From Eledone cirrhosa (Eukaryota): a stretch of 64,000 nt of DNA. Both the position numbers and the translations under genes were made by a program. Under the pieces are notes generated by a model. The model saw nothing but the letters and a program-made list of their open reading frames with translations, had not been told where the DNA came from and made no database searches. The stretch is from assembly GCA_964016885.1 (NCBI GenBank), contig OZ024745.1, positions 82,274,001-82,338,000 of the forward strand, read 5' to 3'. This document shows, piece after piece, positions 14,438 to 28,789 of this stretch (position 1 is its first letter; each line of letters opens with the position of its first letter).

Positions 14438-15149
14438 GAGACGTATAGAGATTGTTTTAGCAAGAAGCTAACGGCATTCTATAACATATATGCGACTATA
14501 ACGTCAAGATGGGAAAAGTAGTTAACGAAAGATTTAGGAAAAATAACTCAAACTCATCTCAAAAGAGAATCAGGATACAAATTCATCCACAGAATTTAGT
14601 AAAATCCATGGAAAAATCTATAGACCTTTAACTCATGATAAAACAAAGTTTGAAACACTTATCCTTCAATTTGGAATAACATCAAATGCTCTGTATAGTC
14701 TTAAAAGACTATTTCATGAAAACTTTCAGTGGAGATGGTCACGGTTGGAAGATCATTCATCAGCAGAGCTCAACAGAAAACCAGGGCTCTCACAGTAATA
14801 TAGTCCGAAAAAGGGAATTCTAAAACTGGCTAGTTCGCCTTCATGTGTATTTATGAAAAAGCACATGAGGAAAAAACGGGGCTAGTGACGTCAGGATGGA
14901 AGTGAATGTTTATTTACAAGAAATAGCAGTCAAATACATTCTGAAAAAAACTCTACAAGGAGTTCAGCAAAATAGCAATAATTATCACAGTTTTTATGAA
15001 AAAAACCGGGATTAGTCACAGATAGTTTAAGCACTCTAGGAAAAGAATCCGAGTATAAATATAAATGAGACGTATAGAGATTGTTTTAGCAAGAAGCTAA
15101 CGGCATTCTATAACATATATGCGACTATAACATGGAAAAATCTATAGAC

Positions 15150-15153
<4 letters not shown>
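14434..15153 (-). mobile_element. Non-coding HHR-bearing element with a 629-bp partial tandem repeat, between (TA)n tracts
   Basis: 14434-14501 is repeated at 15063-15131, followed by a recopied 14608-14630 patch. Internal HHR. Confidence 0.7.
14688..14769 (-). ncRNA. Type I hammerhead ribozyme, canonical core
   Basis: Reverse complement: gctctg-CTGATGA-atga...tcat-GAAA-tagtcttttaagacta-TA-cagagc. All three helices pair. Confidence 0.88.
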
Positions 15154-15190
<37 letters not shown>

Positions 15191-15242
15191 TACACATATT
15201 TTTTTAAAGAGAGAGAGCGGGAGTAGATAAAGAGAGACGTTC

Positions 15243-15327
<85 letters not shown>

Positions 15328-15651
15328 TGAGAGAGAGACAGAGATCGAACGTCTCTCTCTATCTACCACCGTTCTCTCTCTTTAATATGTGTGTGTCTGT
15401 AAATATATATTTGTAAAGTATATATGGTTAAAATATGTTATGATGAACCTAAAAAATGTATCTATACAGGCGTATACTTCGGAAGTAAGTGACAGTACCG
15501 CCTATGGGAATTGAGCCACGTGTCTGTTGTACACCGAGCAATCACAGAAATATGAAGGCTGGACTGTTTCTCAAATTCTAATTTAGTGTATTTAGATATG
15601 TACATGTATAAACCGCATCTGTTTACCTGCAGTCATATCCCATGACTTTCG

Positions 15652-15726
<75 letters not shown>

Positions 15727-16796
15727 GTGTGTGTGTGTAAAAGGTAAACAGAAATAACAACACAATCGGTACAGTATATGGAAGGTATATAAAGGTATAT
15801 ATTAGGTTAATGCTTGATATGGCAGGAAGATATATATACATATATATACATTCGTGTGTGTATATGCACGTGTGTGTATTTGTGTGTGCACTCCTAGCTG
15901 CTGTCCATTCAGAAACGCATATATTTGTATATTTGTGTGCGACAAGTGTACATGCCATAATTTATTTAACTTAAGAGAAGCAATATTTTCCACATAGACT
16001 CCATACAGTGATGCAAACCAGTTATAATGTGTTATGAGCTAAATGGTTTTAAAATTCATCAGCTACTTAGTTAAAAAAAATAACAACCAAAATATGTTGG
16101 AAGAGAAATATACACTAGACAGCTAAAGGAAATGAAATCTTTGAAATATATATAAACTACCAGAACACGTAGCTTTACAATGTAGTTATCGATTCGTTTG
16201 CAATGATGCAAACAAGCCTCAATCTTTTAGCCATGTAAGTAGAATGAACCGTTTATTCTTGCTCTGGCATTCTAGTGACATGGCCATAAAATTAAGGTTT
16301 CTTTGCATAATTGCAAACGAATCGAATGTTATTATTAATATTCGAAAAACTCAGATTACATTGAATGTAGAATGTATTACAATATACTATATTCGCAGAC
16401 AAAGGTTTAGAAAGTTTGTGAATTTTAATGGTATATCCCTACGGCTTTTAGATCAAGTAAAAATAAATATTTAGCTTCAAACACACATAAAAACATAGGC
16501 ACAGAATTAGCTGCGCGGTTATGCAATAATCTGGTTCTGATTTCAATGCATTCATTGCATCCTCGGCAATTAGCGTATTGTGCTGAACATAGCATGTAAA
16601 GTTTGGTAATATAATAATAAGATGGAGTTCGACTTCCATCTTTTTCGTTCAGTGGGTTTATACACCCCGTTATTGGATTATTTTATTTAGTCAAAGTTAT
16701 AGCGAAGTCTTCTAATTCAATTTTCAAACTCCGCTTGCCGCTTTCTAAACATATGTTCTCTGTACACCGCTCACTGTTAAGTTCGGAGCTCCTAAA

Positions 16797-16957
16797 ATAA
16801 TTGTTTCTACTTTTGGCACAAGGCCAGCAATTACCCAGTACATTACTGGTACTTCATTTTATCGACCTCGTAAGGATGAAAGGCAAAGTTAACCTCGGCG
16901 GGATTTGAACTCATATCATAAAGGGCCGTAACTTTATGTTGCAAAGCATGGCGTCCG
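16797..16957 (-). mobile_element. tRNA-derived SINE, family A
   Basis: Reverse complement has B box gagttcaaatcc and the core ttgcctttcatccttacg..gtcgataaaat..agtaccag shared by many copies in the window. Confidence 0.85.
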
Positions 16958-17146
16958 CACACACGTAATATCGTTATAAACAAAATTTATAACATTTCAA
17001 CCAATATAGAGCTCTGTTACATCTGCTGAATATTATATACAATGTATGCATATGTGTGTTTGTATACACAGGCGAGAAAATAAACATAGCTTCTAAAAGA
17101 AAAAGTACCAACGTGGGATGAAACGAAGGCAAAACCTGTAAAAATA

Positions 17147-17645
17147 TACGAGGGGTGTCAGAAAAGAAATGGGACTGGAATAGGAAAATAAGAAAAAAAT
17201 TCAAATCCAAACTACAAATTACAAGTTTTCCCTCTCGAAATAATCCCCTTCGAGTCTATTGCACTTTCCCATCCTTCTTTTACATGCCTCCATACACTCC
17301 TGGAAAGATTCTCCCTGATTTTCCTAGGGTCCAGCGTCACGGCCCTCTTAATAGCTTCCACGTCCGGAAAATGGATCACCGGTGATGACTTTCCCCAGCA
17401 AGTCTAGTTCGGTTTCAAGACGCTCGAGGATGTCCTGACACATCTGCATACGCTGCTCCTTCTGGTCATAGTTCAGCAGCTTCGGCATCATCTTCGCGCC
17501 GATCTTCCACATGACCAAATATTCGATGATAATCTTCCAAATACTGTCTCGGTTTCATGCCCTGCTCACTTGTGATCAGTCGAACAGTCAGCCGACGATC
17601 ACCACGGAACAACTGCCTCACACACCCAACATTGGCATCAGTTTT
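17147..17645 (-). mobile_element. Tc1/mariner transposon relic (3' TIR plus internally deleted, frameshifted transposase)
   Basis: ta+tacgaggggtgtc terminus. Minus-strand peptides NVGCVRQLFRGDRRLTVRLI, KIGAKMMPKLLNYDQKEQRMQMCQDILERLETELDLLGKVITGD and KCNRLEGDYFE. Confidence 0.88.
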
Positions 17646-18469
17646 AAAAAAGAAGAAATTCTGATAAAGTGTTGTTGAATAATGTAGTTTGAATAAATAC
17701 GGGAACGTCACTTCTGGGATAATAAAGACACAAAGAAATATGAATCACTGGTAGAAATGGAGCTTACATGAAACAATATGTTTAATTTCATTTAAAGTAC
17801 TTCTTGTAACCACTCACACACATACATTCACAATATACAGAATCTCTCCAGTAAAAAAAAAATCTAATGAGGTCGTATATGGCTTAATTACAGAGAAATT
17901 ATATTATAAATTAGCATCTATAGTGACAGACAGTCTAAGTACTGATTCCTCTTGAGCATTGGTAACCATGATAAGCGGAATATCGGTCTCTTACTTTTCT
18001 CTGCTTAAAATGCGAATGTGTTTGACAGAGGATAAAATTGCCAGTATTTAATCTGATATAAAAAAAATTTTTGTACAAATTATATGATTTGAAAAGACAA
18101 TCTCAAATCAGCGAAACACAATGTAACAAGAAAAAATATTTTAAATTAAAAAAATGTTTCGTATTATTGAAACAAAAGAAAAAATGACAGGTAATCTTTA
18201 AACATATTCAGAAAAAAACAACATTTATTTTGTTACAAACAAAATATTTTGTTAAAACCAAAATACCAAGGGAAGTCATAACATTGACTTTAGAACAGGC
18301 AGCCACCGCAATAGTGATGAAATTGTTGAGTAGAAAACTGGCCTTATCTAAAAGTACGAGGTATAGGCAATCAAAAGTACGAGGTATAGGCAATCGAAGC
18401 ATATAATATAAGCTTAGATTTTGGAGATGCATACAATGGAATACGAAGTTTTGTAAGACGACTAAAAAC

Positions 18470-18889
18470 ACTTTACCATGGATCTTAGGTAATGATCGGA
18501 AGAATACTATCGTAAATAGGGCTCCTCTATAGGGTCTTCGGAGTCACGTTACTCGATAGAGTACGTAGTTTAGAGATCAGGGAGTCATTCAGGGTAAAAA
18601 CCGCTATTTTTCTGAATTGAAAGATCACAGCTCTGGTATTACGGAGATGTGGTTATAATTTTTAAGGAAAAAATCGCTGGGAAGAAATTACGGGCAAAAC
18701 CAAACGGTGGGAAACGAATATGAACTCGGCTGGTTTTGCTTGGTGATCTAGCCGGATTAATTGGAGACATTTGCTTTTGACAGGACGCGGATACTGATCG
18801 AAAGAAGAAGAAGAAGAAGAAGAAGAAGAAGAAGAAGAAGAAGAAGAAGAAGAAGAAGAAGAAGAAGAAGAAGAAGAAGAAGAAGAAGA
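18470..18889 (+). mobile_element. Decayed RTE-clade LINE 3' end with expanded (GAA)n tail
   Basis: Aligns by eye to 24160-24600 (acgttactcgat, agatcacagctc, ggcaaaaccaa). (GAA)n at 18803-18889. Confidence 0.7.
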
Positions 18890-20671
18890 AATGAGATATT
18901 GGAATGTACGTACATGGATTGGCATGACAGATGTCTTAACTCTACAGAAATTGATACTTAAACTGTAATTGCAGATACTACTGCGTTAATACAGAACTTA
19001 TTTACAGTTTTGCAATAGAGATGATATATTTTTATCAAGGCATCCATATTGAGAGATATCCAGGCTGAACAGTTATCTGCTTTTAGTTTAGAATCACTAA
19101 AAAACATAATTGTGGATTTCTCACCCGCCATTCATAATAATAATATATCTCTACACTTACCCTCAGAATACATTTTATTTAAACAATTCCGCTCTTTTGT
19201 GATTTTCTTCCAACATATGTGCAAACCTAAATATACTTTCTAAAATTATCTTATTGATTTTCCTTTATAAACCAGTTTCTTAAAAATCGTTTACCGATAC
19301 ATTTATTCAACCATACAGCCGATACACCTCTTATTGTCATGTCTTATCCAAAGTTCTGAATATAGTGAAAACTATTTTTCATACTGAGAAGGGATGACGT
19401 CCCGATCTTTCCAGGTTATCTCAGATTGATGAAATTGATGCAGTTCATCTTAACTGTTGGTTAGGAGAATACACTCAGCCACTATCATCTCTTGTTATAT
19501 GCATGGTTGATCTATCAATCACTATCCATTGAGTTTCCGCAACTAGAGATGCCAGTCGTTGGGGTGCCAGGCTAGACGCTTGGCAGTGTATCCCTCATGG
19601 CCTTCCACTAGTCATTAGATATGCTTAGCAGCGTCCATCTCATCACTAAGTATCCAGCTTTCCACTATGTTTAGTCTTCCAGTAGAAAAGTGTTTGCTGA
19701 GAGATATCCTGGAGCCAGAAGCGTCCATACCTAAGGATGCTTCTGTCAGTATTGTCTCTGGCCAAACACTACGGTTCTGAAATAATGTTCCTTGAAATAC
19801 TCGATAAAGGTACGTTCTATATTGCAATAACGATTCTACAAATCATTTCACTTTATTGTTTAGTGTTGCAATAACGTTTCTTTAAAACATTTCAACTCTC
19901 TTACAAAGAGATAGGGGCTCAAGGTATGATTGGTCTTAAAATAATGATTCTTTACATTCTGGATAATGGTACCTCCGATAGATATTGAAATAATATTTCT
20001 TCAAATCACTTCACTTTACTTAAAAAAAAAAAACAGTAGATAATGCAATGCCCAGTATTGCAATAACGTCTCATTAAATCGTTTCATTTTGCTTTCAAAG
20101 AGACAGTGGGTAACGTTACATCATGTTGTGATGTCAATGATTTTAGAAGTGGAACAAAGTTTAAGATTGTTTGGAGATTCTGAGTGTCGGTAAGGTGTAG
20201 TGGGTTGAGTGAGAAAAGAACTCGAGATCCAAAAGTAATTGTTAACTCTCAGAGATATTAGCTAAAATAGATATCTATGCAGCCCAAAAGTTAGTTAATT
20301 AAATGTTTCGGAGACAAAAAAAATGAACATGGATGAATGAGGAAAATACACTTTAACTAGAGTAATCGGAAAGGTTTGTTGATCATGTCCAGATGAGAGA
20401 TGTGGGTGATAGGTAAAGTGATTTCAACGAAAAGGCAGAAACGATATTTTAGAAACAATTTAGATTACTAGATATGTTTCTTGAACACCAGAGATGTGTT
20501 AGAGATATAGGATATAGGATAAGGATAATATGTGTGGTTTGCATGTTTAGTCATAAATAGTTCAAGGATTAATGTTTGTCAAATGTCTATGAATATTGGT
20601 AGAGCTGGGATCAAATTGTTGAGTAGCTTGTATCTCAGTATTCATTTGAGAATATGGTTGTGAATAGTGAT

Positions 20672-20805
20672 AATTTCTAATTTAGGTACAAAGCCAAAAA
20701 TTTGAGGTGAAGGAAAAATCGATTAAATCGACCTCCAGTGCTTGACTGGTACTATATTTTATTGACCCCGGGAGGATGAATGGCAAAATCATCGGGATTC
20801 GAACG
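20672..20805 (-). mobile_element. Degenerate SINE family A
   Basis: gactggtact..ttttattgaccccg.gaggatgaatggcaaa. Confidence 0.6.
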
Positions 20806-21637
20806 TTAGTGAAAATTAGTGACCTCAATATTTTGAGCTCGGTGAAAAAAACGAGGAAGAAGAAAATACAGGATATGTACCAAACGAACGGTAGCTTTTC
20901 AAGAGATTACTGACGATTTAGACGTCAAAATGAGTTTAATCATAGCGTAGACATACTGTAGAATGCTCTCCTCTCCAAGAGGGTCTTTGTTGTAAGACCC
21001 GAATCAATCAGTGATAATGTGGATGTATTAAGAACAAAATTAGCCCCTGCTCTCCACGTTTTCACGGAATTCTTATCAGTAGTATCTTTTGTGTTCCTCA
21101 TTCATTTATAATGTGCACGGTATGGTCAAATACATATATACTCACAAATGTGTATGCAACATGCATACACTGACACACACTACATGGTCTTAAATATTCT
21201 GTCATAGCGAAAAATAGATATATTAGAAATCAACCATAGAATACATATTTAGTAGAAATTTATATCAAATTCACTTTACATTCCCTACACTAAAATTAAT
21301 TAAAGAAATGTGAAATAAATTTGGAAAATAAAAACGAACTTCGTTTATAATTTTAATTCCTAAGTAAAATGTAAAAAAAATAAAATAAGTATTATAACAG
21401 CCTTTTGAAAATTGAACATTGCTTTCGCCAAATAGATTATTAAAATTGACTAACCATTTTAAGCCAGCACAGTGCTAGATTATTCAATATATACACCAAT
21501 CATGTTCATACACACACACACACACACGGAGACACATACATACCTACATACACACGCACAGACAAATACACACACAAAAACACATACACAAACACACACA
21601 CACATACAAACACATGCATATTTATACATCATTATGT

Positions 21638-22052
21638 TCTTCCAGCATAGTTACGTCCCTTTACGATCTGAGTTCAAATCCCGCCGAGGTTGACTTTGCC
21701 TTTCATCCTTACGGGGTCGATAAAATAAAGTACCAGTAATGCACTGGATAATTGCTGGCCTTGTGCCTAAAGTAGAAACAATTATGTTCTATAGACAGGG
21801 CGGTGGATTGGCAGTGCCGGTAGAGGGTCGGACGCCATGCTTTCCAGCATAGTTATGTCCCTTTACGATCTGAGTTCAAATCCCGCCGAGTTTGACTTTG
21901 CCTTTCATCCTTACGGGGTCGATAAAATAAAGTACCAGTAATGCACTGGGTAATTTCTGGCCTTGTGCTTAAAGTAGAAACAATTATGTTCTATAGACAC
22001 CAGTAATGTACTGGGTAATTGCTGGCCTTGTGCCAAAAGTAGAAAAAATTAT
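21638..22052 (+). mobile_element. Tandem cluster of SINE family A (two near-complete copies and one tail)
   Basis: Repeated gagttcaaatcccgccgag...aagtagaaacaattatgttctatagaca. Confidence 0.85.
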
Positions 22053-23296
22053 GTTCTATAGACACCAGGTGGTGTGTGGTATAACATTCTGAATTATAGA
22101 TGATTATTTTGCAAAAGTAATAATACGTGGTGTATCAGCCAGCTTTCAAAGTATCGAATAACTAATTGTTTAACCAGATGATATTATATAAGCTAAGGTT
22201 GTTCATAGTATATGAAATGACTGAAAACACATAAATGTTCCAAAGGCATCATGTTACAAAATAAAAATAAAACAAAATGCGACTGTTAGTCTCCCGTGTA
22301 GGTTGGTATCTACCTTCACATGACGTCATATAATATAATTGGATATAATCAGTGACGAATAAAATAATTGTTAAAAATATTGTAATCTTAAAGTGATCCT
22401 ATAAGTGGAAAATAATATTTCTTACGCTTTTAAAGCTACACCTCAACTCAGAATAATTATTTTCACAATTCAATGACTTTCGAACATAATCTATTCTATT
22501 GTTGTATCATGGCCCCAGTGGACTGAATAGCTAATGCCTTATCCCTGGGAAAAGATAGGGCGATGCATTGAAAGAACCATTCCAACTTACAGGGTTCGTT
22601 TTGCGGATGACCATCAAAATACATTATTACGGTTCTATTCGGCCTTTATCTATTTAGTTTGGAATTATCCATCTACGCAATGATATAGTTTCAGTATATT
22701 CAATTTCAAGGAATTTTTTAAAACCAAAATTCCCGAACAAGCCTCGAGCTATGTATATTTTCCCGTGCCGACTTCTATATGATTATTTTCTCCCCCTTTG
22801 CCTTGCAAACATACTTATAAAAGACATGAAAAACTAAATAAATCATACATTCCATCAAGCGTAATACATTTTCTATACTTTTTTGTCGTATTTGTTAATC
22901 TAAACTATAATAAAGTAAGGTCTGCGGGACTGCGTGCGGTTTATTTCTTTTAATCCAGTTAGTAAAATAAGTTAGATTACTTTGAATAAACAATGAATGA
23001 ATGTTACATAATTACTAGATTTCGTAAACAAATAATTTCGTAAAAATAAATAATTTAAAAGTGACTTCTTTTCAAAGTTGCACTTCTGGTATATCGTCGC
23101 CACCACAACCACCACTTCAACTACCATATGTATAGAAAGAGAGATGAGAGATGTGATGAGAGAGATAGAGAGATTATGATTTTCTACACGCTGACGCGTA
23201 TGAGTGTCCACATACATACATCTATATGTATGAGTATATAACTATTATGCGTATATAACTATAATCGCGCAAACACAAACTTATAAAAATACACGG

Positions 23297-23440
23297 ACAT
23301 ACATTCACACAAATACACATACATTCACACAAATACACATACATTCACACAAATACACATACATTCACACAAATACACATACTTTCACACAAATATACAT
23401 ACTTTCACACAAATATACATACATTCACACATATACATTT
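23297..23440. repeat. 20-bp minisatellite acattcacacaaatacacat, about 7 copies
   Basis: Direct reading. Confidence 0.85.
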
Positions 23441-23899
23441 ACACAAACACACACATACAGTCATGATAGCAGCGTTCGATGAAAAAAAAACACTAACAAA
23501 TATAATATATACAAAGGAAAGGGAAAGGAAAAAAAGAAAGAGAAATAATACACAAACAGGTAATGCACACATCTTAGACCGCAGAACAATATGCAGGCGA
23601 AAGAGTGGAGAAACGAGCCGCTACCAGAGCAAAAGATAGCAATATAGCGAGGAGCACAGGGAAACCTCTCTAATAATTTTTTCAGGACAACCTAGACGGT
23701 TCCAAAATTGAGGGGATGTTTGCCCGGGCCAAAGATCTTCAGTGGTAATAGGATAGTGTGTGTCTGTGCACGCGTGAGTTTGTCGGCGTTCTTAAATTAG
23801 AGACACGTGTGTGTGTGTCACTGTTTTTAAGTTAGACATATATATGTGTGTGTATCCCTTTCCTTCCTTTTATACACACATACATTCACACAAACACAC

Positions 23900-24598
23900 A
23901 TACACATTGCGTGATGGATGGGTGGACAGAAGTTCCTCAAATTTATATACATGTGAATGGAGTTCTACTGAAGCAGTTAGAGAAGTTCAAGTATCTTGGA
24001 GCCGTGTTCATGAGTGATGGAATGCAGGAGGCTGAATTAAGGTGCAAGAATCGCAAAAGCTGTAAAGCGCCAGCCCTAGCAATCAGATGACGGGGGGGAG
24101 GGGGGGGGGGGGGGTAAAAGCCAAACTCGCTGTCTTCCTGTTATTCCTGCCAACTCTTACCGATGATCATGAATCTTGAGTAATGACCACAAGAATACAA
24201 TTGAAAATAAAAGTGGCAGGAATGGGATTCATCCGAAGGGCCTTTGGAGTAACGTTACTCGATTAAGTGCATAACTAAGATACCAGAGAATCACTCCTTG
24301 TAGAGCCGCTACTTCTCCGAATTGGGAGATCACAGCTCCGATATTATGAACATGTGGTTAGAATGTCTCAGTAAAGAATCACTGGACACATGTTACAGGC
24401 AAAACCAACCGGCAAGAGACCTAGTGGTAGATCCTGAGTAAGATAGTTGGATAACATCCATGAGCTTGGCTGGTCACGCTTTGGGATCCAACTGGATCAG
24501 TTAGAGATGTTTGCTACTGACAGACTCGCTGGAAGGAGTGTTTGAGAAGGACTCTGCCCCCACGACTCTCTCAGAAATAAATGGGTGAAGAAGAAGAT
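23900..24598 (+). mobile_element. RTE-clade LINE 3' fragment (decayed)
   Basis: IHVNGVLLKQLEKFKYLGAVFMSDG, VEPLLLRIGRSQLRYYEHVVRM and QAKPTGKRP. Short gaagaagaag tail. Confidence 0.85.
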
Positions 24599-25589
24599 AT
24601 TGACAATTTACTTTTCAATTTACATATATCTATATGCATATATATTTGCGTATAATACCAATATGCACACTACATATGATAGCAGAAAACCGCTCGAAGG
24701 GCGGTTTTTCTGCTAGTGTTATTGTAATTGTTTTTGACCCCCAGCCCTCCCACTGTATCTACTCGCATTTTGCTTTCTGGATATTATACAATCAGTTTCT
24801 CTATGACATGATCGCATTAGGGATAATAACTACCGAACGTATTATATACAATTTAAGCTAGGCAACACGTTATTTAATTTATACAACCTGACTATGTCTT
24901 GATCTAAACATGATGGCAGTAACGGTAAAGCGTTGGACAACATAATTCGCGGCATAGAGTTACGTCCATGGAGTGTCTTTGAATGTTGCAAAACATCAAC
25001 GCGTGTAGTGAATCGAGTAGTTAAGTGATAAGACACTGCTATTGAATGCTACGTTTCCTGTTTGTTTACCAAAGCCCATATTCATACATACAAACACACA
25101 TGATAGACACACTCGACAGACGCACACGCACACTGATACACACACACAGACACTGACACACGCACACACGCACATACATATACACAGACACACCAAACCT
25201 TCACATCACTTCCGCAATTAAAACCACAAATAGCCAGAGGTATTTTCATTGAGATAATTCATTATATACGACTTAGTTTCTAAGTGCAAACCTTCTTTTG
25301 TTTAGATGTTCTATAATAACTTTCGGCATTTCAAAGAATAATAGCCCATTGAGTAAAGGTTTTAAAATATCAATTCTTTTGAATTCTCTGTAGAATGATA
25401 GTTTTAGAGATTTTCTCAACATTTCAAGTTTATTTGCGTACTTACGATAAGGTGTAAATATTGAAATAATTTTCTATCGTGATGATCCGAATCGCCAAGA
25501 TCTCTAATCTCATTCGCTTACCGAGTGGGGTAGAACTCGTGACATCGGACCAAGGAATAAATATTTCCATTAGTGTTTTTAATTGCTAA

Positions 25590-25735
25590 TACTATCTAGT
25601 TGTCGCAACTCCAGGCAGAAAGAGCAACCTGAAATAAAGTGTCTTGTTCAAGGATATAGCGCATCGCCCATTTCAGGAATCGACCTCACAACCTCATGAT
25701 TGTGAATCCAACACTCTAATGACTAAACCACGTAT
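25590..25735 (-). mobile_element. tRNA-derived SINE, family B (CORE-like), degenerate
   Basis: Similar to 55525-55670 (gaaataaagtgtcttg.tcaagga..ggaatcga.ctcacaacctca). Confidence 0.75.
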
Positions 25736-25863
25736 CAGTACTTAAATGAATCCAGTTTTCATGGTTGTTTGATTTAAGTGATTGTGGGTAATGGACCCTT
25801 AGATAATACAATTAAAGAGACATTTTATTTTATTTCATTTTTGTATTAGTTTTGCAAGATTTT

Positions 25864-25945
25864 TGATGTGAAATCGTGTTGAAACAGATATGTGTATATT
25901 TTGGGAGGGTAATGTTACTAATAACAACGCACACCCCAGTTGAAT
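25864..25945 (+). repeat. Dispersed repeat of unknown class (second copy at about 42567-42660)
   Basis: gtgttgaaac.g.tat..t..tttgggagggt.atgtt.c.aataa.aac.c.c.c at both sites. Confidence 0.55.
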
Positions 25946-26505
25946 TTCATCTTATTTTATTATTAGATAAGAAACTAATCCATTCATCGGTTAGTTTAGT
26001 AACCTGGTGGTTACTAAAATATTAGCTTTTTTATTTTCAACTGTCTCAACTGTTATCATTTGTCCATAATAGTTTTACGGAGGACACATTCTGCCGTTAT
26101 ATGGTCTCGTATTGTAACAGGCTGTAAGCGTATTAATGTTTATATATTGTTGTGTGTAATTCCCCAAGTGTGCTCAAACATCTTTACTCTAAGGATACAA
26201 GCCCGGAGATATGAAGGAGCACTCTCTGACGTGCAGGACGCCAGGTGCTTGTTGCCCCATAGTCCCAGCGAACAGAATGATGGCGAGGAAGATGCATTGA
26301 AATTGCCATTTCAGCTCATGGGGCTTACTCTTGTACATGACCAACTCCGTCCCAATAGGGAGGTCGTCCGAAGACCAAGGACAACGGAAGCTTTCATTGT
26401 TATAGGTTCGAATCAAGTTACAGCTAGAGATGATATCATTGAATATCGCGTCTCGGATGAGGGGCTTACCACTGCGGAAAGGGATGATTGTGATGCTGTC
26501 TGACC

Positions 26506-26548
<43 letters not shown>

Positions 26549-27362
26549 ATACATATATATATATATATATACAGAAGGTCATACAATCATTCCTTTCCGC
26601 AGTGGTCTGTATGTGTGTGTATGTGTGTGTATGTGTGTGTATGTGTGTGTATGTGTGTGTATGTGTGTGTATGTGTGTAAGTAGATAGTAGATATGAAAG
26701 AAGAACGGCAGTTAAAATGATTTTTGTTGTACATGCTATATCAAATCATCTATATATTATATTTCATCTGTCATACATATGTTGTTTGTTGTATTTATTA
26801 TCTAAAGTCGTATCTTTGTGAATTAATCACGCCGGAAACATTGTTTAACAATTGAAATATGCAATATCGCCCTAAGAGTTATATATTCAAGATCTCCGAT
26901 GAAATGAATGACAGGTCAGTTTTATCTTGGCACATTTTGCATTTGAAATGTAGAAAAAGGAAATGAAATATTATAATGGAGACATTGAATCCAAAGATTT
27001 ATCATTTGTACAAAATAAAATAGTAGTAAGATAAAGAATAAATTAAAGAACAAGGGAACCACACTGGCAGGTAGAAGCCAATTTAGGAAAAGTATCTGTA
27101 GTTTTATTTGGCAGCAAACCTGTCCAGTGCATGTCAGATTCACTTTTCGACGAGTTAATGTTATGTAGCATCAAGTGGTCTGCAATTATCACCCGACTTA
27201 TCCTACACCAGCCAATTTTGGTACCACTCCCAACTCAACTGCACATGTCAATCCTAGTCATGAAGCTTACAAACAAGTGAAGTGATATCCATCACTGGTA
27301 GAGTCACACACCCATTTAGCCGAACACAAACACTACAGGGATAACGTACAGGGAGTTTAAGG

Positions 27363-27653
<291 letters not shown>

Positions 27654-28087
27654 ATAATAATAATAATAAATAATAATAAGTGAAGAAGACGCACGAGGTG
27701 GTAGAAGGTCATGAAATCGCTCCCGTAAGTTTTTGATTTTTAACATATTTAAATCAATTGTGAAATAACAATTCTTAGTACAAATGTTGCATAAACCACC
27801 GAATGAAGTCCCATAAAATTTCGGATCCATATTATATTGTTATATCGCTCAAATATCCAATTTTGTATTATATATTTTGTATTAAAAAAAAGAAAATGGT
27901 TATAAATGGAAGAAAACACCCTCTGTCTACACTATATAGAACAGCCAAATAACAGCAATTTCACCAACACCAGAAACTTGATACACCACCTATCCCATCA
28001 CACTAAATATAACAGCCAGATAACGGCAATTTCACCACCACCACCATCAATCACGGAATGATAATAATAATTACTATTATTATTGTC

Positions 28088-28200
28088 TCAAATCCCGCCG
28101 AGGTTAACTTTGCCTTTCATCCTTACGGGGTCGATAAAATAAAGTACCAGTAATGTACTGGGATAATTGCTGGCCTTGTGCCAAAAAGTAGAAATAATTA
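28088..28200 (+). mobile_element. SINE family A, 5'-truncated
   Basis: Core and tail present. attattattgtctcaaat is duplicated on both sides. Confidence 0.85.
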
Positions 28201-28789
28201 TTATTGTCTCAAATTTTAACAAAATGTTTAATTCCTATTTTACGGGAATATGTCAACACGATATATATTAAACATACGAACACAAACTCATAGATACTAC
28301 ATATCACAAAACCCAGTAACCACAACGCCACCGCCGCCACCACCCCATCCATCATCTTGCTACCACTATCCCATCGCCGCCGCCACCACTCCTTCATTGC
28401 TACCACCACTATTCCCCTGTTAACTTCAGAGAGAAAGGGGAAGGTGGCGGTATCACTAGACAAGGGAGAGGCTAGCAAAAGATATAAATAGATTGACTTA
28501 GTGACCTGGCCACCGGCCAAACGTCAACATCAACAACTATGGGACTGCTGGCTCCCCCCTTCCTCACCAACAATATAAAAAGCCCCGGCACCACCACCGA
28601 CATAGCCAACAACAATAACAGGCAACTACAGCAAAAAGTATATTATATTATTGTAATGCACTGGGTGATTGCTGGCCTTGTGCCTGGAGTGGGGACAATT
28701 ATTAATAATTTCATTCTTAAGCCACGCAATGCTCACATTAAGGAACCACTCATGATAATAACAATTTAAAAAAAACAACAAAAAGAAAA

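Noticed and set aside
19385-19750. Possible LINE 5' UTR or ribozyme
   Set aside because: GC-richer and repeat-like, but I could not fold a ribozyme or assign a family.
20955-22675. Short minus-strand open stretches ending in GT donors (MRNTKDTT.. near 21100-20960 and MYFDGHPQNEP near 22625-22593)
   Set aside because: No recognisable homology and no consistent exon chain. Needs RNA-seq.
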